A stretch of DNA of 64,000 nt from Candidatus Latescibacterota bacterium (GTDB lineage: Bacteria > Latescibacterota > UBA2968 > UBA8231): NCBI GenBank assembly GCA_965203175.1, contig OZ241867.1, forward strand, positions 3,936,001 through 4,000,000. The letters run 5' to 3'. Shown here piece after piece: positions 47,770 through 60,488 of this stretch (positions are counted from its first letter, which is position 1; the number at the start of each line of letters is the position of its first letter). The translations under genes and the position numbers were made by a program. Below the pieces are notes generated by a model. It was not told where the DNA came from and ran no database searches. It saw only the letters and a program-made list of their open reading frames with translations.

Positions 47770-48837
47770 TCAATCGTTATTGAACGCGGGCGCGACCTGT
47801 TCCGAGAACATCCGCAGGGACTTGCAAACTAGGTCGGGGCTCAGGTCGCCAATGCGGGTCCATCCCATAAAGTTCTGCAGTCCCGTGTGTTTCTGGATCC
47901 AACCGATTTTTTCGGCGACAAAGTCCGGATCGCCTACGATGGCGTGATCGGCCAGGATCTCGTCGAAGGTGATGTTCGAGAACTTCTGTTTCAGTCCCTG
48001 ATAGAATTCCATCTGACCGGGAGGTGCCATTTCCGGCGGCGGCGCGATCACCTCGGCAAGCAGGGTGCGGAAGTACCACATGAGTTGGTCGTGGCATTCC
48101 TCCCGGGCTTTCTGGCTAGATTCGGCCACATAGAGGAACCTCGCTAGGGGGAAGTCCAGTTTGCCCGACATTCCGCACGCGTCCGCGGTCTTGTGGTACG
48201 ACTCGTAGAGCTGGAAAACCTCGTCGTAGGGGTGCAGGAACGAGGTCAGGACGTTATAGCCGTTTTTTATGACCCATTCGTACGTGGAGGGACTCACCGC
48301 GGCAACGTAAACCGGCGGGTGGGGCTGTTGTACGGGCTTTGGGATGACGTTGACTTTCCTGACCTTGTGAAACTTGCCGTCGTATTCGACAGGGCCCGTC
48401 CAGGCTTTCAGGATGATTTCCAGTTCTTCCTGAAACCGTTCGCGGCTTTCCTCGAGGTCGATTCCCCAGTTGTAAAATTCCTCAGCCTGATAACCGCGCC
48501 CCACGCCGAAGAGGAGCCGCCCTTTCGACATGATATCAACGGTGGCGAAGTCTTCCGCGACAATGACGGGATTGTGGAAGGGCAGCACGACAACCGCGGT
48601 GCCGATCTTAATGCGTTCGGTAATGGCCGACGCGTACGCGGCCATGGTATGGATGGACGATGTGATCGAATAGTAGTTGGCCCCCGGTGCCTTATGGTCG
48701 AAATGGTGTTCCGCCAGCCAGATGGCGTCCCAGCCCGTTTCGTCCATGAGTTTGAACTGTTCGAACGCTTCGTGATAAACTTGCATGTGGTCCTTGCCGG
48801 GCGGGGTTTCCAGCAGATAGAATTGGCCGAATTTCAT
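47770..48837 (-). CDS. Luciferase-like (LLM) flavin-dependent oxidoreductase
   Basis: MKFG, WLAEHHF, IKIGTAV, GRLLFGVGRGY, PKPVQQPHPP; AGGAG RBS. Confidence 0.93.
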   Translation of the reverse strand: MKFGQFYLLETPPGKDHMQVYHEAFEQFKLMDETGWDAIWLAEHHFDHKAPGANYYSITSSIHTMAAYASAITERIKIGTAVVVLPFHNPVIVAEDFATVDIMSKGRLLFGVGRGYQAEEFYNWGIDLEESRERFQEELEIILKAWTGPVEYDGKFHKVRKVNVIPKPVQQPHPPVYVAAVSPSTYEWVIKNGYNVLTSFLHPYDEVFQLYESYHKTADACGMSGKLDFPLARFLYVAESSQKAREECHDQLMWYFRTLLAEVIAPPPEMAPPGQMEFYQGLKQKFSNITFDEILADHAIVGDPDFVAEKIGWIQKHTGLQNFMGWTRIGDLSPDLVCKSLRMFSEQVAPAFNND

Positions 48838-48877
48838 TGGAACTCTCCTGAGGTTTCGCGACAATGAATAAGGCACC

Positions 48878-48913
48878 GATATAGGTATATCAATTCGCTG
48901 AAACTGTTGTCAA
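48878..48913 (-). promoter_or_regulatory. Putative promoter with palindromic operator over the -10 region
   Basis: Minus strand TTGACA-18-TATACC; GATATA-GG-TATATC at 48878-48891. Confidence 0.55.
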
Positions 48914-48966
48914 GGGTCCGCCGGTCAGGGCGGCGACGATCCGCAGGCGCCCGCCACAGGCCGCCC

Positions 48967-52110
<3,144 letters not shown>

Positions 52111-52116
52111 GGCAGA

Positions 52117-53127
52117 CTATGGTTGCCGGCGGATGATGCGCACGGCTTGGCCGTCCGTCAGCCGCTCATTGCCGCGCACCACGGTTAGATCGCCGGGTGC
52201 GAGTTCGCCCGTAACGGCCACGTAGCCCTTGTGCGCCAACCCGGTTTCGACGGGGCGGCTGAGGGCTTTGCCGTCGCGGGCGAGGTACACGACTTGTCCC
52301 TGCGGGCCGGAGACTAGGGCGTCCTTATGCACTAGGAGCGATGCCTTGGCCTGCGCGATCTGGAAGCGCACTCGTGCGGACATATTGCTGCGCATCCGGC
52401 CTTGTGGATTGGCGGCCTCGACGATGACTGGGAAGGTGCGGGAGGAGGCGTAGCCCTCGGCGGAGATGGCGGTCACGATGCCGTCGATGGGGTCGTTGCC
52501 AAGGGCATCGACGACGATGGCGACGCGGTCGCCCAAGGCGAGCTGCGACACGTGGCGCTCGGGCACCTCGACGATCACGCGCACCGTGTCGATGGAGATT
52601 ACCTGCGCGATCTCGCCGCCGCGCCCGACCCACTGGCCAACCTCGGTAAAGGTGCGGGTGATGTGTCCGGAGAAAGGGGCGCGGACGAGGAGGTTTTCTA
52701 CTTGGGCCTGAAGGCCGGTTAGCTTGGCTTCGGCGCGGGCTAGTTCGTAGGCCTTGTTGCGCAGGTCATGCTCGGAGACAGAGTCGGTGGCGCGCAACCG
52801 GCGGCTGCGGTCGTGGTTGAACTGGCGCAGCGCGAAATCGGCTTGGGCTTCGGCCAGCGAGGCTTGGAGCGGATCGTTGGCCAGTGCGAAAAGGGGGTCG
52901 CCGGCGCGCACGGCTTGGCCAGCTTCCTTGAAGCGCTGGACCACTTGCCCCTCGGTCTCGGCAGCGACGCGGCTGGAGCGCACGGGCAGAATGCGCCCGA
53001 CAAAGGAGAGGTCTTCGACGAGCGGTTGTTCGAGGACTTCGGCGACGATGACCGCCGTTGGCGGGCGCTCTTGGCCTAGGAGCGCGCTGGGCAGCAAGGT
53101 CAGGAGCAGGAGGAAGACAGGGGACAT
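52117..53127 (-). CDS. RND periplasmic adaptor (membrane fusion protein)
   Basis: GQAVRAGDPL, VRAPFSG, VETG, GD..VVRG. Confidence 0.92.
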   Translation of the reverse strand: MSPVFLLLLTLLPSALLGQERPPTAVIVAEVLEQPLVEDLSFVGRILPVRSSRVAAETEGQVVQRFKEAGQAVRAGDPLFALANDPLQASLAEAQADFALRQFNHDRSRRLRATDSVSEHDLRNKAYELARAEAKLTGLQAQVENLLVRAPFSGHITRTFTEVGQWVGRGGEIAQVISIDTVRVIVEVPERHVSQLALGDRVAIVVDALGNDPIDGIVTAISAEGYASSRTFPVIVEAANPQGRMRSNMSARVRFQIAQAKASLLVHKDALVSGPQGQVVYLARDGKALSRPVETGLAHKGYVAVTGELAPGDLTVVRGNERLTDGQAVRIIRRQP

Positions 53128-53198
53128 TTAGATTTCCTCGGAGGCGTGAGAAGGCACCAAGAAAGGTAGGGGTTGGATTGAACCGCGACAATGGGGCG

Positions 53199-53993
53199 CT
53201 ACTTGCGCCGCAAAACGGCGGTCTCCCGGACAAATCGCGCGCGGTAGCGCTGGCCCCCGCTGGCTCCGTACTGGTCGATCAGGCGCTCGATGCGGTGGAT
53301 TCGTTCGCTGGTAGGAGGGTGGCTGGCGAACAGGTTTTCTAGGTCGGAGCGCCGGTGTGCTTCTAGATTTTTCAGTTTTTCAAAAAAGCGCAGCAAGCCG
53401 CGCGGATCGTACCCGGCGGCGATGGCGTAGCGGACGCCAAAGGTATCGGCTTCGCGTTCGTCGTCGCGGCTGAAGCGGGCACTGCCGAGCTGGGAGGCGA
53501 TCTGGCCGAGTTGGTAGGGATCTTCGCCGAGGGCGAGGCTGGTGAGGAAGTCCATGCCGAAGCGGGCGGCGAGTTGGTTGGCGGAGTGGCGGCCGACGAT
53601 GTGGCCGATCTCGTGGGCGAGGACTCCGGCGATTTCGGCCTCGTCTTCGGCGATCAGCAGCAGGCCGCTATAGACGTAGAGATAGCCGCCGAGGACGGCG
53701 AAGGCGTTTATTTGTTTGGGATCGTCGAGGACCTTAACGCGGTAGCGGATGCCGGGGCGGTCTTTCAAGGCAGGGGGAAGCAGGGCCTTGGTGACGCGCT
53801 GGATGTAGGATTGGAGGCGGCGGTCGGGGTGGAGGCGTTGTTGGGCTTCGATTTGGGCGGCGAACTTCGCGCCGAGTTTGATTTCGGTTTTGTCGGAAAT
53901 CAGGGCGTAACCCAGCTCGCGGCGGACGGTGGCGCAGCCGGACGAGAGGGCGCAAGTGGCGATGAGCAGGACGAGGAGGGTGCGTTGGGGCAT
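53199..53993 (-). CDS. M48-family zinc metallopeptidase lipoprotein
   Basis: SSGC lipobox, INAFA, HEIGH, SRDDEREAD, SHP. Confidence 0.92.
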   Translation of the reverse strand: MPQRTLLVLLIATCALSSGCATVRRELGYALISDKTEIKLGAKFAAQIEAQQRLHPDRRLQSYIQRVTKALLPPALKDRPGIRYRVKVLDDPKQINAFAVLGGYLYVYSGLLLIAEDEAEIAGVLAHEIGHIVGRHSANQLAARFGMDFLTSLALGEDPYQLGQIASQLGSARFSRDDEREADTFGVRYAIAAGYDPRGLLRFFEKLKNLEAHRRSDLENLFASHPPTSERIHRIERLIDQYGASGGQRYRARFVRETAVLRRK

Positions 53994-54048
53994 GGCCGTT
54001 GGCTTCCTTGCGATGGGTACAGGTTAAACACCAAACAGCTAGTGCCGG

Positions 54049-54759
54049 TTACTTTTTCTTCCGTGCGCCAAACTCGATCACTTTTTTTTGCGGCGAGAGG
54101 TTGATTTCGTCGAGCACCGTGCCGTCGCGCGCCATCAGGGCTTGGACGATGATCTCGGCGACGTCTTCCGGCAAGATGTAGTTGTCGGGCTCCGGGCCGG
54201 GGCGGAAGTCCAATTCGTCGAAAAAAGGCGACTGGACCATGCCGGGGTTGACCAGTGTGACGCGGACGCCAGTGCGGGCGCACTCGGCGCGCAGGGCTTG
54301 GACGAGGCCGCGCAGGGCGAATTTGGCCGCGCAGTACAAGCTGCCTTGAGCCGTGCCGGTGAGTGCAGCTTCCGATCCCATAAAGACCAAGTGTCCATGC
54401 CCTGCCTTTTTGAGAGAGGGGAGGAAAGCTCGGGCGACGAAGACGTGGCTGGTGAAGTTGAGGTCAATCAGGGCGCGGATTTGCTCGTAGGAAAATTGCT
54501 CTAGGGCACCGAAGCGGCCGGTGCCGGCGTTGAGGACTAGGGCGTCGAGGGCCGGGTAGGTGGCGACGAGGTTTTGTAGATGGTCGGGAAGTTGGTCGAG
54601 GTCGGCGAGGTCAATTTCGTGCGCTTTAAAGCGGCAGTCATCGCAGGGGAACTTGCCGAAATCGCGAGCAATGCCGATGGCGTGATGGCCGTCGGCGAGC
54701 AGCCTTTCGCAGACGGCGCGGCCAATGCCGGAACTGGCCCCGGTGACTAAGACGCGCAT
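54049..54759 (-). CDS. Short-chain dehydrogenase/reductase
   Basis: TGASSGIG, NAG, YCAAK, NPG. Confidence 0.93.
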   Translation of the reverse strand: MRVLVTGASSGIGRAVCERLLADGHHAIGIARDFGKFPCDDCRFKAHEIDLADLDQLPDHLQNLVATYPALDALVLNAGTGRFGALEQFSYEQIRALIDLNFTSHVFVARAFLPSLKKAGHGHLVFMGSEAALTGTAQGSLYCAAKFALRGLVQALRAECARTGVRVTLVNPGMVQSPFFDELDFRPGPEPDNYILPEDVAEIIVQALMARDGTVLDEINLSPQKKVIEFGARKKK

Positions 54760-54761
54760 AT

Positions 54762-55769
54762 TCAGACCTGTAGGGTGGTGGAGGGACAGGGAAAGAAAAG
54801 CTCGGCGGGAATGTACTGGAGCAATTGATCCGCGCAAAAGTCGTGTAGCTTTTGCGCCAAGGCGGGTCGGTAGGAGACCATGCCGTCTTTTTCCTCCAAG
54901 CCATAAGCGAGAAGTTTTTCGTCTGGGTAGAGTTTGTGCATGGTTTTGTACATGCCCTGCGGCAGGCGGAACTGACCTAGGCTGACCGAGTGCAGGCCGT
55001 CGCGGCGCACCTTGGAGAACACGAGGGCGAACAGGTCGCGGTAGCGCTCCTCGTAGGCGCGGTCGTAGAGCAGCGGATCAAAGCGCAGCCCAATGGGCCA
55101 GCCTCGTTCTTGCAGGGTGGCGATGGCTTCCAAGCGCCGGGCCACCGGTGGCGCACCAACCTCGAATTGGTCGGCAAGCGCCGGCGGGGTCATGCTGAAG
55201 GCGACGACGCAGTTGGGCAGGGGCTCAGTGGCGAGTAGGGTTTTGATGCGCACGCTTTTGGTGCGCAGTTCAAAGTACGCCTGTGGGTGGTCGGCAAAGA
55301 AGGGGAGGAAGTCGGTTGTAAAGTGGGTAATGCCCTCTAGCGCAAGGCTGTCGCAGTCGTAGCCAGAGAAGAAATAGGGCGTATCGGGTGCGTCCTCAGC
55401 GATGTGCGCGGCGATGTCCTGCTGGAAGTCTTCGTAGTTGACAAAGAGGACTAGGTGCGCCGAGCGGTACAGGCCTTGGAGAAAGCAGTAGCGGCAGTCG
55501 TAGGGGCAGTTGAGCAGGTGCGAGAAATAGTAATTGCGCTCGCCGCCGATGCCGTAGCCGTCGGGGGCGGGGAGGACGCGCCGTCCGGCCTTGTGGGCGA
55601 GGATGAGCGCGGGGCGGCGCTTTTGTAGGCGGAAGTTCTGCGCCGTGCGGTTGAAGACCTCGCCGTAGCGGGCGCAGGGGACTAGTTGAGCGCGGGGGAA
55701 GCGGTCGATCAGGGCGCGGGTGCGCGGGTGGTCGAGGATGGACTCTTCGGCGTAGATGAAATCGAACAT
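54762..55769 (-). CDS. Spore photoproduct lyase-like radical SAM protein
   Basis: NCPYDCRYCFLQ, DSLALE, ELRTKS, RFDP. Confidence 0.87.
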   Translation of the reverse strand: MFDFIYAEESILDHPRTRALIDRFPRAQLVPCARYGEVFNRTAQNFRLQKRRPALILAHKAGRRVLPAPDGYGIGGERNYYFSHLLNCPYDCRYCFLQGLYRSAHLVLFVNYEDFQQDIAAHIAEDAPDTPYFFSGYDCDSLALEGITHFTTDFLPFFADHPQAYFELRTKSVRIKTLLATEPLPNCVVAFSMTPPALADQFEVGAPPVARRLEAIATLQERGWPIGLRFDPLLYDRAYEERYRDLFALVFSKVRRDGLHSVSLGQFRLPQGMYKTMHKLYPDEKLLAYGLEEKDGMVSYRPALAQKLHDFCADQLLQYIPAELFFPCPSTTLQV

Positions 55770-55961
55770 AGCTGAGTCAAAAAGCGTCGCAGAGACAGGG
55801 AGCTAAATTGCAGTGTGACTCCGAGTTAGGTTTATTGTCATCGCCCAAGATTTTAACTAAAACCTAAATACAGACCAGCACCTTCCCTATACATACGGGG
55901 AAAAAAGCCCTCGCGCAAAGGAAGGTCTTCTTCACACACCACGAGGAGAGGGATCGGCAGG

Positions 55962-56855
55962 ATGGGGATTGGGATATTGTGTATGCTGGGGGTGTTCGCG
56001 TTGTGGAGCGTCATCCCGGTGCTGGTGAAACTGCTATTTCCCGTTTTCGATCCGTTCACAATCGCCTTCCTTCGGTTGCTGCAAGGTGCGGCGGTCGTGT
56101 CGGCCGCCTTTTTCGCGCGCGGCCATACCCTACGGGACATTCAATGGTCTTGGTGGCATCTGATCGGGGGGCTGGGCATGAGCCTGAACTTCTCGCTCTA
56201 TGCGTTGGCGCTGAGTTATACTACGGCCAGCGCTGGCTCGTTGGTCGTCCAGGTGCAATACGTCGCGCTGACGGTGCTGGCCGTTGCCGTGCTGCGCGAG
56301 CGGTTGGGTGCAGGGAAAATGGCAGGTATGGCGCTGGTGCTGGCTGGAGTCGCAGTGATCGTGGGTGCGCGCGAGGATGTGGGTCATCTGTTCGCTCCGC
56401 GCTATGTACTGGGCAATGTGCTGATGCTGTTCTCGGGTCTGGGCTGGGGGATATACGCACTCGCCAACAAGGCGCTTGCACAGCGAGTGGGGACCGCGGC
56501 GATACTGAGTCCAATGATGACGATGGGTGTGGTAGTAACGGGCACCCTCGCCGCGACCCATTTTCAATTGCACTTGGAGCCGACTGCGGCCACGTGGATT
56601 ATAGTGCTCGTTCTGGGCGTGTTGGCCACTGGCTGTGCGTTTGTTTTGGTCTCAGAGGGCATGAAACGGCTCAGTGCCGTGCTGGTTGGTACGCTGACCG
56701 CTACGGCACCCATCGGGCAGATCGCGCTGGCCCACTGGGTCTTGGGGGAGCCAGTGACTTGGAGCTTGACTGGCGGTGGGATTTTGATCTTGGCCGGCGT
56801 GCTCGGCATGGTGTATGCCGAGCGATTCCAGGACCGACGGCGGGATCGCGGCTAA
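55962..56855 (+). CDS. EamA/DMT-family transporter
   Basis: About 10 TM helices in two repeats, LRERL, LGE. Confidence 0.9.
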   Translation: MGIGILCMLGVFALWSVIPVLVKLLFPVFDPFTIAFLRLLQGAAVVSAAFFARGHTLRDIQWSWWHLIGGLGMSLNFSLYALALSYTTASAGSLVVQVQYVALTVLAVAVLRERLGAGKMAGMALVLAGVAVIVGAREDVGHLFAPRYVLGNVLMLFSGLGWGIYALANKALAQRVGTAAILSPMMTMGVVVTGTLAATHFQLHLEPTAATWIIVLVLGVLATGCAFVLVSEGMKRLSAVLVGTLTATAPIGQIALAHWVLGEPVTWSLTGGGILILAGVLGMVYAERFQDRRRDRG

Positions 56856-56862
56856 TATTTTT

Positions 56863-57651
56863 CTAGTCCCCAGCCACTAAGTGCGCCCGTTCAGACCGCA
56901 GAAGCTCTCTTAGTTTGGCGTCGTATTCTCGCTTGGTCGCCGCTTGATTTTCGGGCAGGCCAATCGCGACCCCGGCCGCAGTATAGGTCATAACCAGCGC
57001 CTTGCGCGGCTCGTTGTCTATATTGGTCGATCCACCGTGGACCATGGACGTCGTCAGCACGGTCACTTGTCCCGCTTGCGCCAAAACTGGCTGCGGCGCA
57101 GCGTATTCCGGCGGTAGGTCCACCATTTTGATACCTTGGACTCCCGGAATCGCGTCTTGCAGCATTGGATCGGCTGAACGCGCGGCGGCTACTAGGCGGT
57201 GGCTGCTTGGCCGGTACATCATCGGCGCACGCCGTTTGTTGACGTCGGTCAACCACAGAAAAAAACTGCATACGACTCGCCGTGGCGTCGCAGCCCAATC
57301 CTCCAAGCTGTACTGGATATCGGTGTGCTGGTCGTAGCTGAACTCGCTTCCCGGCTGGGGATAAGAAGCTACAATCGCCGTCTGAAAGAAGCGGATTGCA
57401 TCCGCGCGCAATACTCGTTTGGCAACCGCTTCAAAGAAGGGATGCTGGATCAGGTCCAGTAGGGCCGGCTCGTAGTAATTGCAGGTCGCCCCATAGCGAA
57501 AACGCGGTGCTTGGTCCGGGTCGGCTGCTTGAAAAGGCAGCAGTTCGTCGATGGCTGTCGCGGCTGCGGCGATTTCTTTGGTTGTCAAAGGCGTGTCGAT
57601 GGTGACAGCACCTAGCTCCTCAAAGACCCTTAATTGTTCGGCGCTGATCAT
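56863..57651 (-). CDS. PhyH-family dioxygenase
   Basis: FEELG, HTD, WLTDV, PSSH, HGGSTN, PR. Confidence 0.82.
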   Translation of the reverse strand: MISAEQLRVFEELGAVTIDTPLTTKEIAAAATAIDELLPFQAADPDQAPRFRYGATCNYYEPALLDLIQHPFFEAVAKRVLRADAIRFFQTAIVASYPQPGSEFSYDQHTDIQYSLEDWAATPRRVVCSFFLWLTDVNKRRAPMMYRPSSHRLVAAARSADPMLQDAIPGVQGIKMVDLPPEYAAPQPVLAQAGQVTVLTTSMVHGGSTNIDNEPRKALVMTYTAAGVAIGLPENQAATKREYDAKLRELLRSERAHLVAGD

Positions 57652-57676
57652 GGTTCCTCCTTTGCTAAAGCGATCC

Positions 57677-58564
57677 TCAGAACTGGTATAGCAGGCTGAG
57701 GCTTGCGCCCCAGAACTGGGTGTCGTCCGTGGTGATAGTGTATAGAATCGGCTCGCCGCGCCCCACTGTGGAGTCGTGGCTGCGCAGTTGATCCCACTCG
57801 GCTTTTTCGCTTTCGAACTCGCCGGAAGCCATCCAGCGCAGCTTGAAGTCCAGAGCGGCGCGATTGCCGATCTGATAGGCCGCGCCGGCGAGCAGTTGAT
57901 AGCCTATGCGGCGGTCGGTCAGCCGCGCTTGGCCGACCGTGGTTGAACCGGCGATTTTCGCGTTCAAATCCGAGTCTGCAAACGTCCTAATCCGGCTGGG
58001 GTCGTCGTTGCGCTTCCAATTGGTAAAATAGTAGAGCGACGTGCTTGCCATCCCCGCTCCAGCCCCTGCGTACGACACTAGTGCCGGCCCCAACGCAAAG
58101 TCGTAGTACGCGTTGGCGAACAGGTTATGCGCTAGCAAATTATCGATCCCGGCGATGGCCACTTCGATTTCCTGATCCTGCTTGTCGAGGGTTATTGCGT
58201 CGAAGATGGCAATGTCGGAGCGCTCGTCGTAGGTCGTGCTGCGGTGGAAGTACTCCCCCTCGATTCTGAAGGCTCCCCAGCGATAGCCAAGAGCGAAGCC
58301 CGACCCGATTCCGGAGCCGCCGCCAAACGCATTTTCCCATTCCGTTGGGGCTGGCACTGAATCGCATTCATCGGTCACTTCCAAGCCGTCCGGATTGATG
58401 ATTCGGTCGCACTTGGTACCCCAGTCGTTGTCGGTGCCCCTCACGTCCATTGCCGGAGCAACGGCGATCCCCAAGCCCATCTGAATGTACGGGCCGTCTT
58501 GGCCTAGGACGTGGTTATAGAAGCCCAGCAGGGCGACCGTCCACAGCAAGAATTTTTGAGGCAT
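57677..58564 (-). CDS. Outer-membrane beta-barrel protein (opacity/OmpA-like) with long loops
   Basis: Signal peptide, GY...FRIEGEY, ANAYYDF, YAGAGAG, GYQ, C-terminal YQF. Confidence 0.8.
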   Translation of the reverse strand: MPQKFLLWTVALLGFYNHVLGQDGPYIQMGLGIAVAPAMDVRGTDNDWGTKCDRIINPDGLEVTDECDSVPAPTEWENAFGGGSGIGSGFALGYRWGAFRIEGEYFHRSTTYDERSDIAIFDAITLDKQDQEIEVAIAGIDNLLAHNLFANAYYDFALGPALVSYAGAGAGMASTSLYYFTNWKRNDDPSRIRTFADSDLNAKIAGSTTVGQARLTDRRIGYQLLAGAAYQIGNRAALDFKLRWMASGEFESEKAEWDQLRSHDSTVGRGEPILYTITTDDTQFWGASLSLLYQF

Positions 58565-58656
58565 TACAGTTTCCTCTCTTTAGATAGGTACAGATGAAAC
58601 GCAAACGAGCCGTACTATTCGTTTGTCAACGTTATTTTCAAGTTATCTAATCGTCG

Positions 58657-59496
58657 TTAGGCTTCTGTCTGATCCTCTTTCGTCTCCTCTGGAATAAGAA
58701 AAAACTCCACATCGTCTAGCTGCTGCTGGAGATGGGCTAACACTTCGTCGCGGCTTTGCAAGGCCAGCAAGTCGTCGTTGACGGCAGATATTGCCGGTGC
58801 CAGCGTCTGCCAGCGCGCGAGCAAGCCTCGCAACTGGTGCTGTTGCGTGGCCGTGAATTGCCAGCGGGCGGTTAGCTCGGCAAGGCCGGGTGGATCGGCG
58901 TGTAGCGCGTGAAGCTGCTGACTGAGTGTTCGCAGGTGTTCGCCAACTTGGGCGACCGTATTGAGTTGGGATTCTATTAACGCCTCCACTTTCGCCGCAT
59001 TAAGTGTGTGATAGGAGGATTGCGGGTTGTCGGAGACGACCTTGAGGCAGTGGACCCGCTCACTGGTGGCAAAGCGCTGGGCGGCCTCGCAAAAGCCGCT
59101 GGCTTCCATGTCGTACGCAGCATCGCCGGTAGCCGGCTGCGCGCGATCGACGGTGTGTAGCAAGGTGGTGCGACAGGGTGGAGGCGCAGTGAAGGTGGGG
59201 TAAAAGGGCTTGCCGCTGGCCGTATCCACGACCTTGTGCGCCAGCAGAGCCGTGCCCACCGCTTGGCTGCCGTGGCCGGCGATGCCGATATTGAGCCAGG
59301 CCGCCGGTGTATTGCCGATCAGCGCACGCAGGTACGCCGTGGCGGCCGCGGCGGCCACTTTGCCGATGCCGGAGACGATTAAATGCGTCTGTTCGCCCGC
59401 GCAGATGCGATAGGGATGGCCGCTCACGCCTTGGAGGCGGAGGGAAGCCAACAGCGGGCGTGCCTCGGCCGCGAGAGCTACTACCAAGCACAACAT
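58657..59496 (-). CDS. Nucleoside phosphorylase (PNP/MTAN)-like protein with helical C-terminal extension
   Basis: AL..EA, SGIGK, NIGIAG, DMEASG, KVVSD. Confidence 0.82.
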   Translation of the reverse strand: MLCLVVALAAEARPLLASLRLQGVSGHPYRICAGEQTHLIVSGIGKVAAAAATAYLRALIGNTPAAWLNIGIAGHGSQAVGTALLAHKVVDTASGKPFYPTFTAPPPCRTTLLHTVDRAQPATGDAAYDMEASGFCEAAQRFATSERVHCLKVVSDNPQSSYHTLNAAKVEALIESQLNTVAQVGEHLRTLSQQLHALHADPPGLAELTARWQFTATQQHQLRGLLARWQTLAPAISAVNDDLLALQSRDEVLAHLQQQLDDVEFFLIPEETKEDQTEA

Positions 59497-59593
59497 GATG
59501 GCTAATATACCGGCTGGCTGCTCCCCGGCAACTTGGTTTGACCCTGCCTGAGCAGGGGCCTAAGTTCTGGAAGACAAACGAGAAAGGGCACGT

Positions 59594-60463
59594 ATGGAAA
59601 ACGAATTTTTCAAGGGCCACGGCCTCGGCAATGACTACATTGCCGTTGATCCGGCTGCGCTCAGTTTCGAGCTGACGCCAGACAATATCCGCGAGATCTG
59701 CGACCGCCATTGGGGCGTGGGCAGCGACGGCATTCTCGCGCTGGCACCATCGCAGAAGGCCGACTTTGGCCTGAAAATCTACAACCCCGACGGCAGCGAG
59801 GCGGAAAAATCGGGCAATGGCCTGCGGATATTCGCCCGCTATCTACACGCCACCGGCCAAGTGCAAAAGCAGCAGTTCACCGTCGAAACGGAGGGCGGTC
59901 TAGTAAGTATTGATTTGCACATTGACGATCACGGCGACGCCAGTTCGGCTACGGTGGAAATGGGGCGAGCTACGTTTGAGCCAGCGGCTCTGCCCTGCAC
60001 GCTGGAGGCCGAAGAGTTGATCGCACAGCCGATTGACGTCAACGGGCAGGCCCTGACCTTTACCGGCGTCAGCGTCGGCAATCCCCACTGCATCGTCTTT
60101 CGCGAGAAGGGCGAGCAATGGACCGAAGACGAGCTGTGCTCTTTGGGCCCGAAGTTGGAAAATCACCCGCTCTTCCCCCGGCGCACTAACGTGCAACTCG
60201 CCGTACCCGTGGAAACCCACGCGATCTATATCCTGATCTGGGAACGCGGCGCGGGTCAAACGCAGGCGTCGGGGTCGTCCGCGTGTGCGGCCGCGAGTGC
60301 GGCGGTGCGGCTGGGCTTGGTCAAAAGTCCGGTTGCGGTTAGGGCCCCGGGCGGAACCTTGCACATTGACGTAAGTGCAAGCTACGACCTGACGATGAAG
60401 GGGCCGGTCTCCGAAGTGGCGCGCGGCGCATTCAGCCCGTCGTTTGTGCGCCACATGCACTGA
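59594..60463 (+). CDS. dapF: Diaminopimelate epimerase homologue with Ser at both catalytic positions
   Basis: KGHGLGNDY, GVGSDG, NPDGSEAEKSGNG, VGNPHC, ERGAG.T.ASGS. Confidence 0.88.
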   Translation: MENEFFKGHGLGNDYIAVDPAALSFELTPDNIREICDRHWGVGSDGILALAPSQKADFGLKIYNPDGSEAEKSGNGLRIFARYLHATGQVQKQQFTVETEGGLVSIDLHIDDHGDASSATVEMGRATFEPAALPCTLEAEELIAQPIDVNGQALTFTGVSVGNPHCIVFREKGEQWTEDELCSLGPKLENHPLFPRRTNVQLAVPVETHAIYILIWERGAGQTQASGSSACAAASAAVRLGLVKSPVAVRAPGGTLHIDVSASYDLTMKGPVSEVARGAFSPSFVRHMH

Positions 60464-60488
60464 GCGGCGCGTGGTAGAGAGGATTGCC

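Noticed and set aside
55870-55930. Possible riboswitch upstream of the EamA gene (ACCTTCC/GGAAGGT pairing)
   Set aside because: It is a single short stem with no recognisable aptamer consensus or expression platform.
58669-58710. Phosphorylase tail VEFFLIPEETKEDQ loosely resembles the SPL N-terminus MFDFIYAEESILDH (a possible third gene-end duplication)
   Set aside because: Only about 18/42 nt and 4/14 aa are identical, which is not distinguishable from chance.
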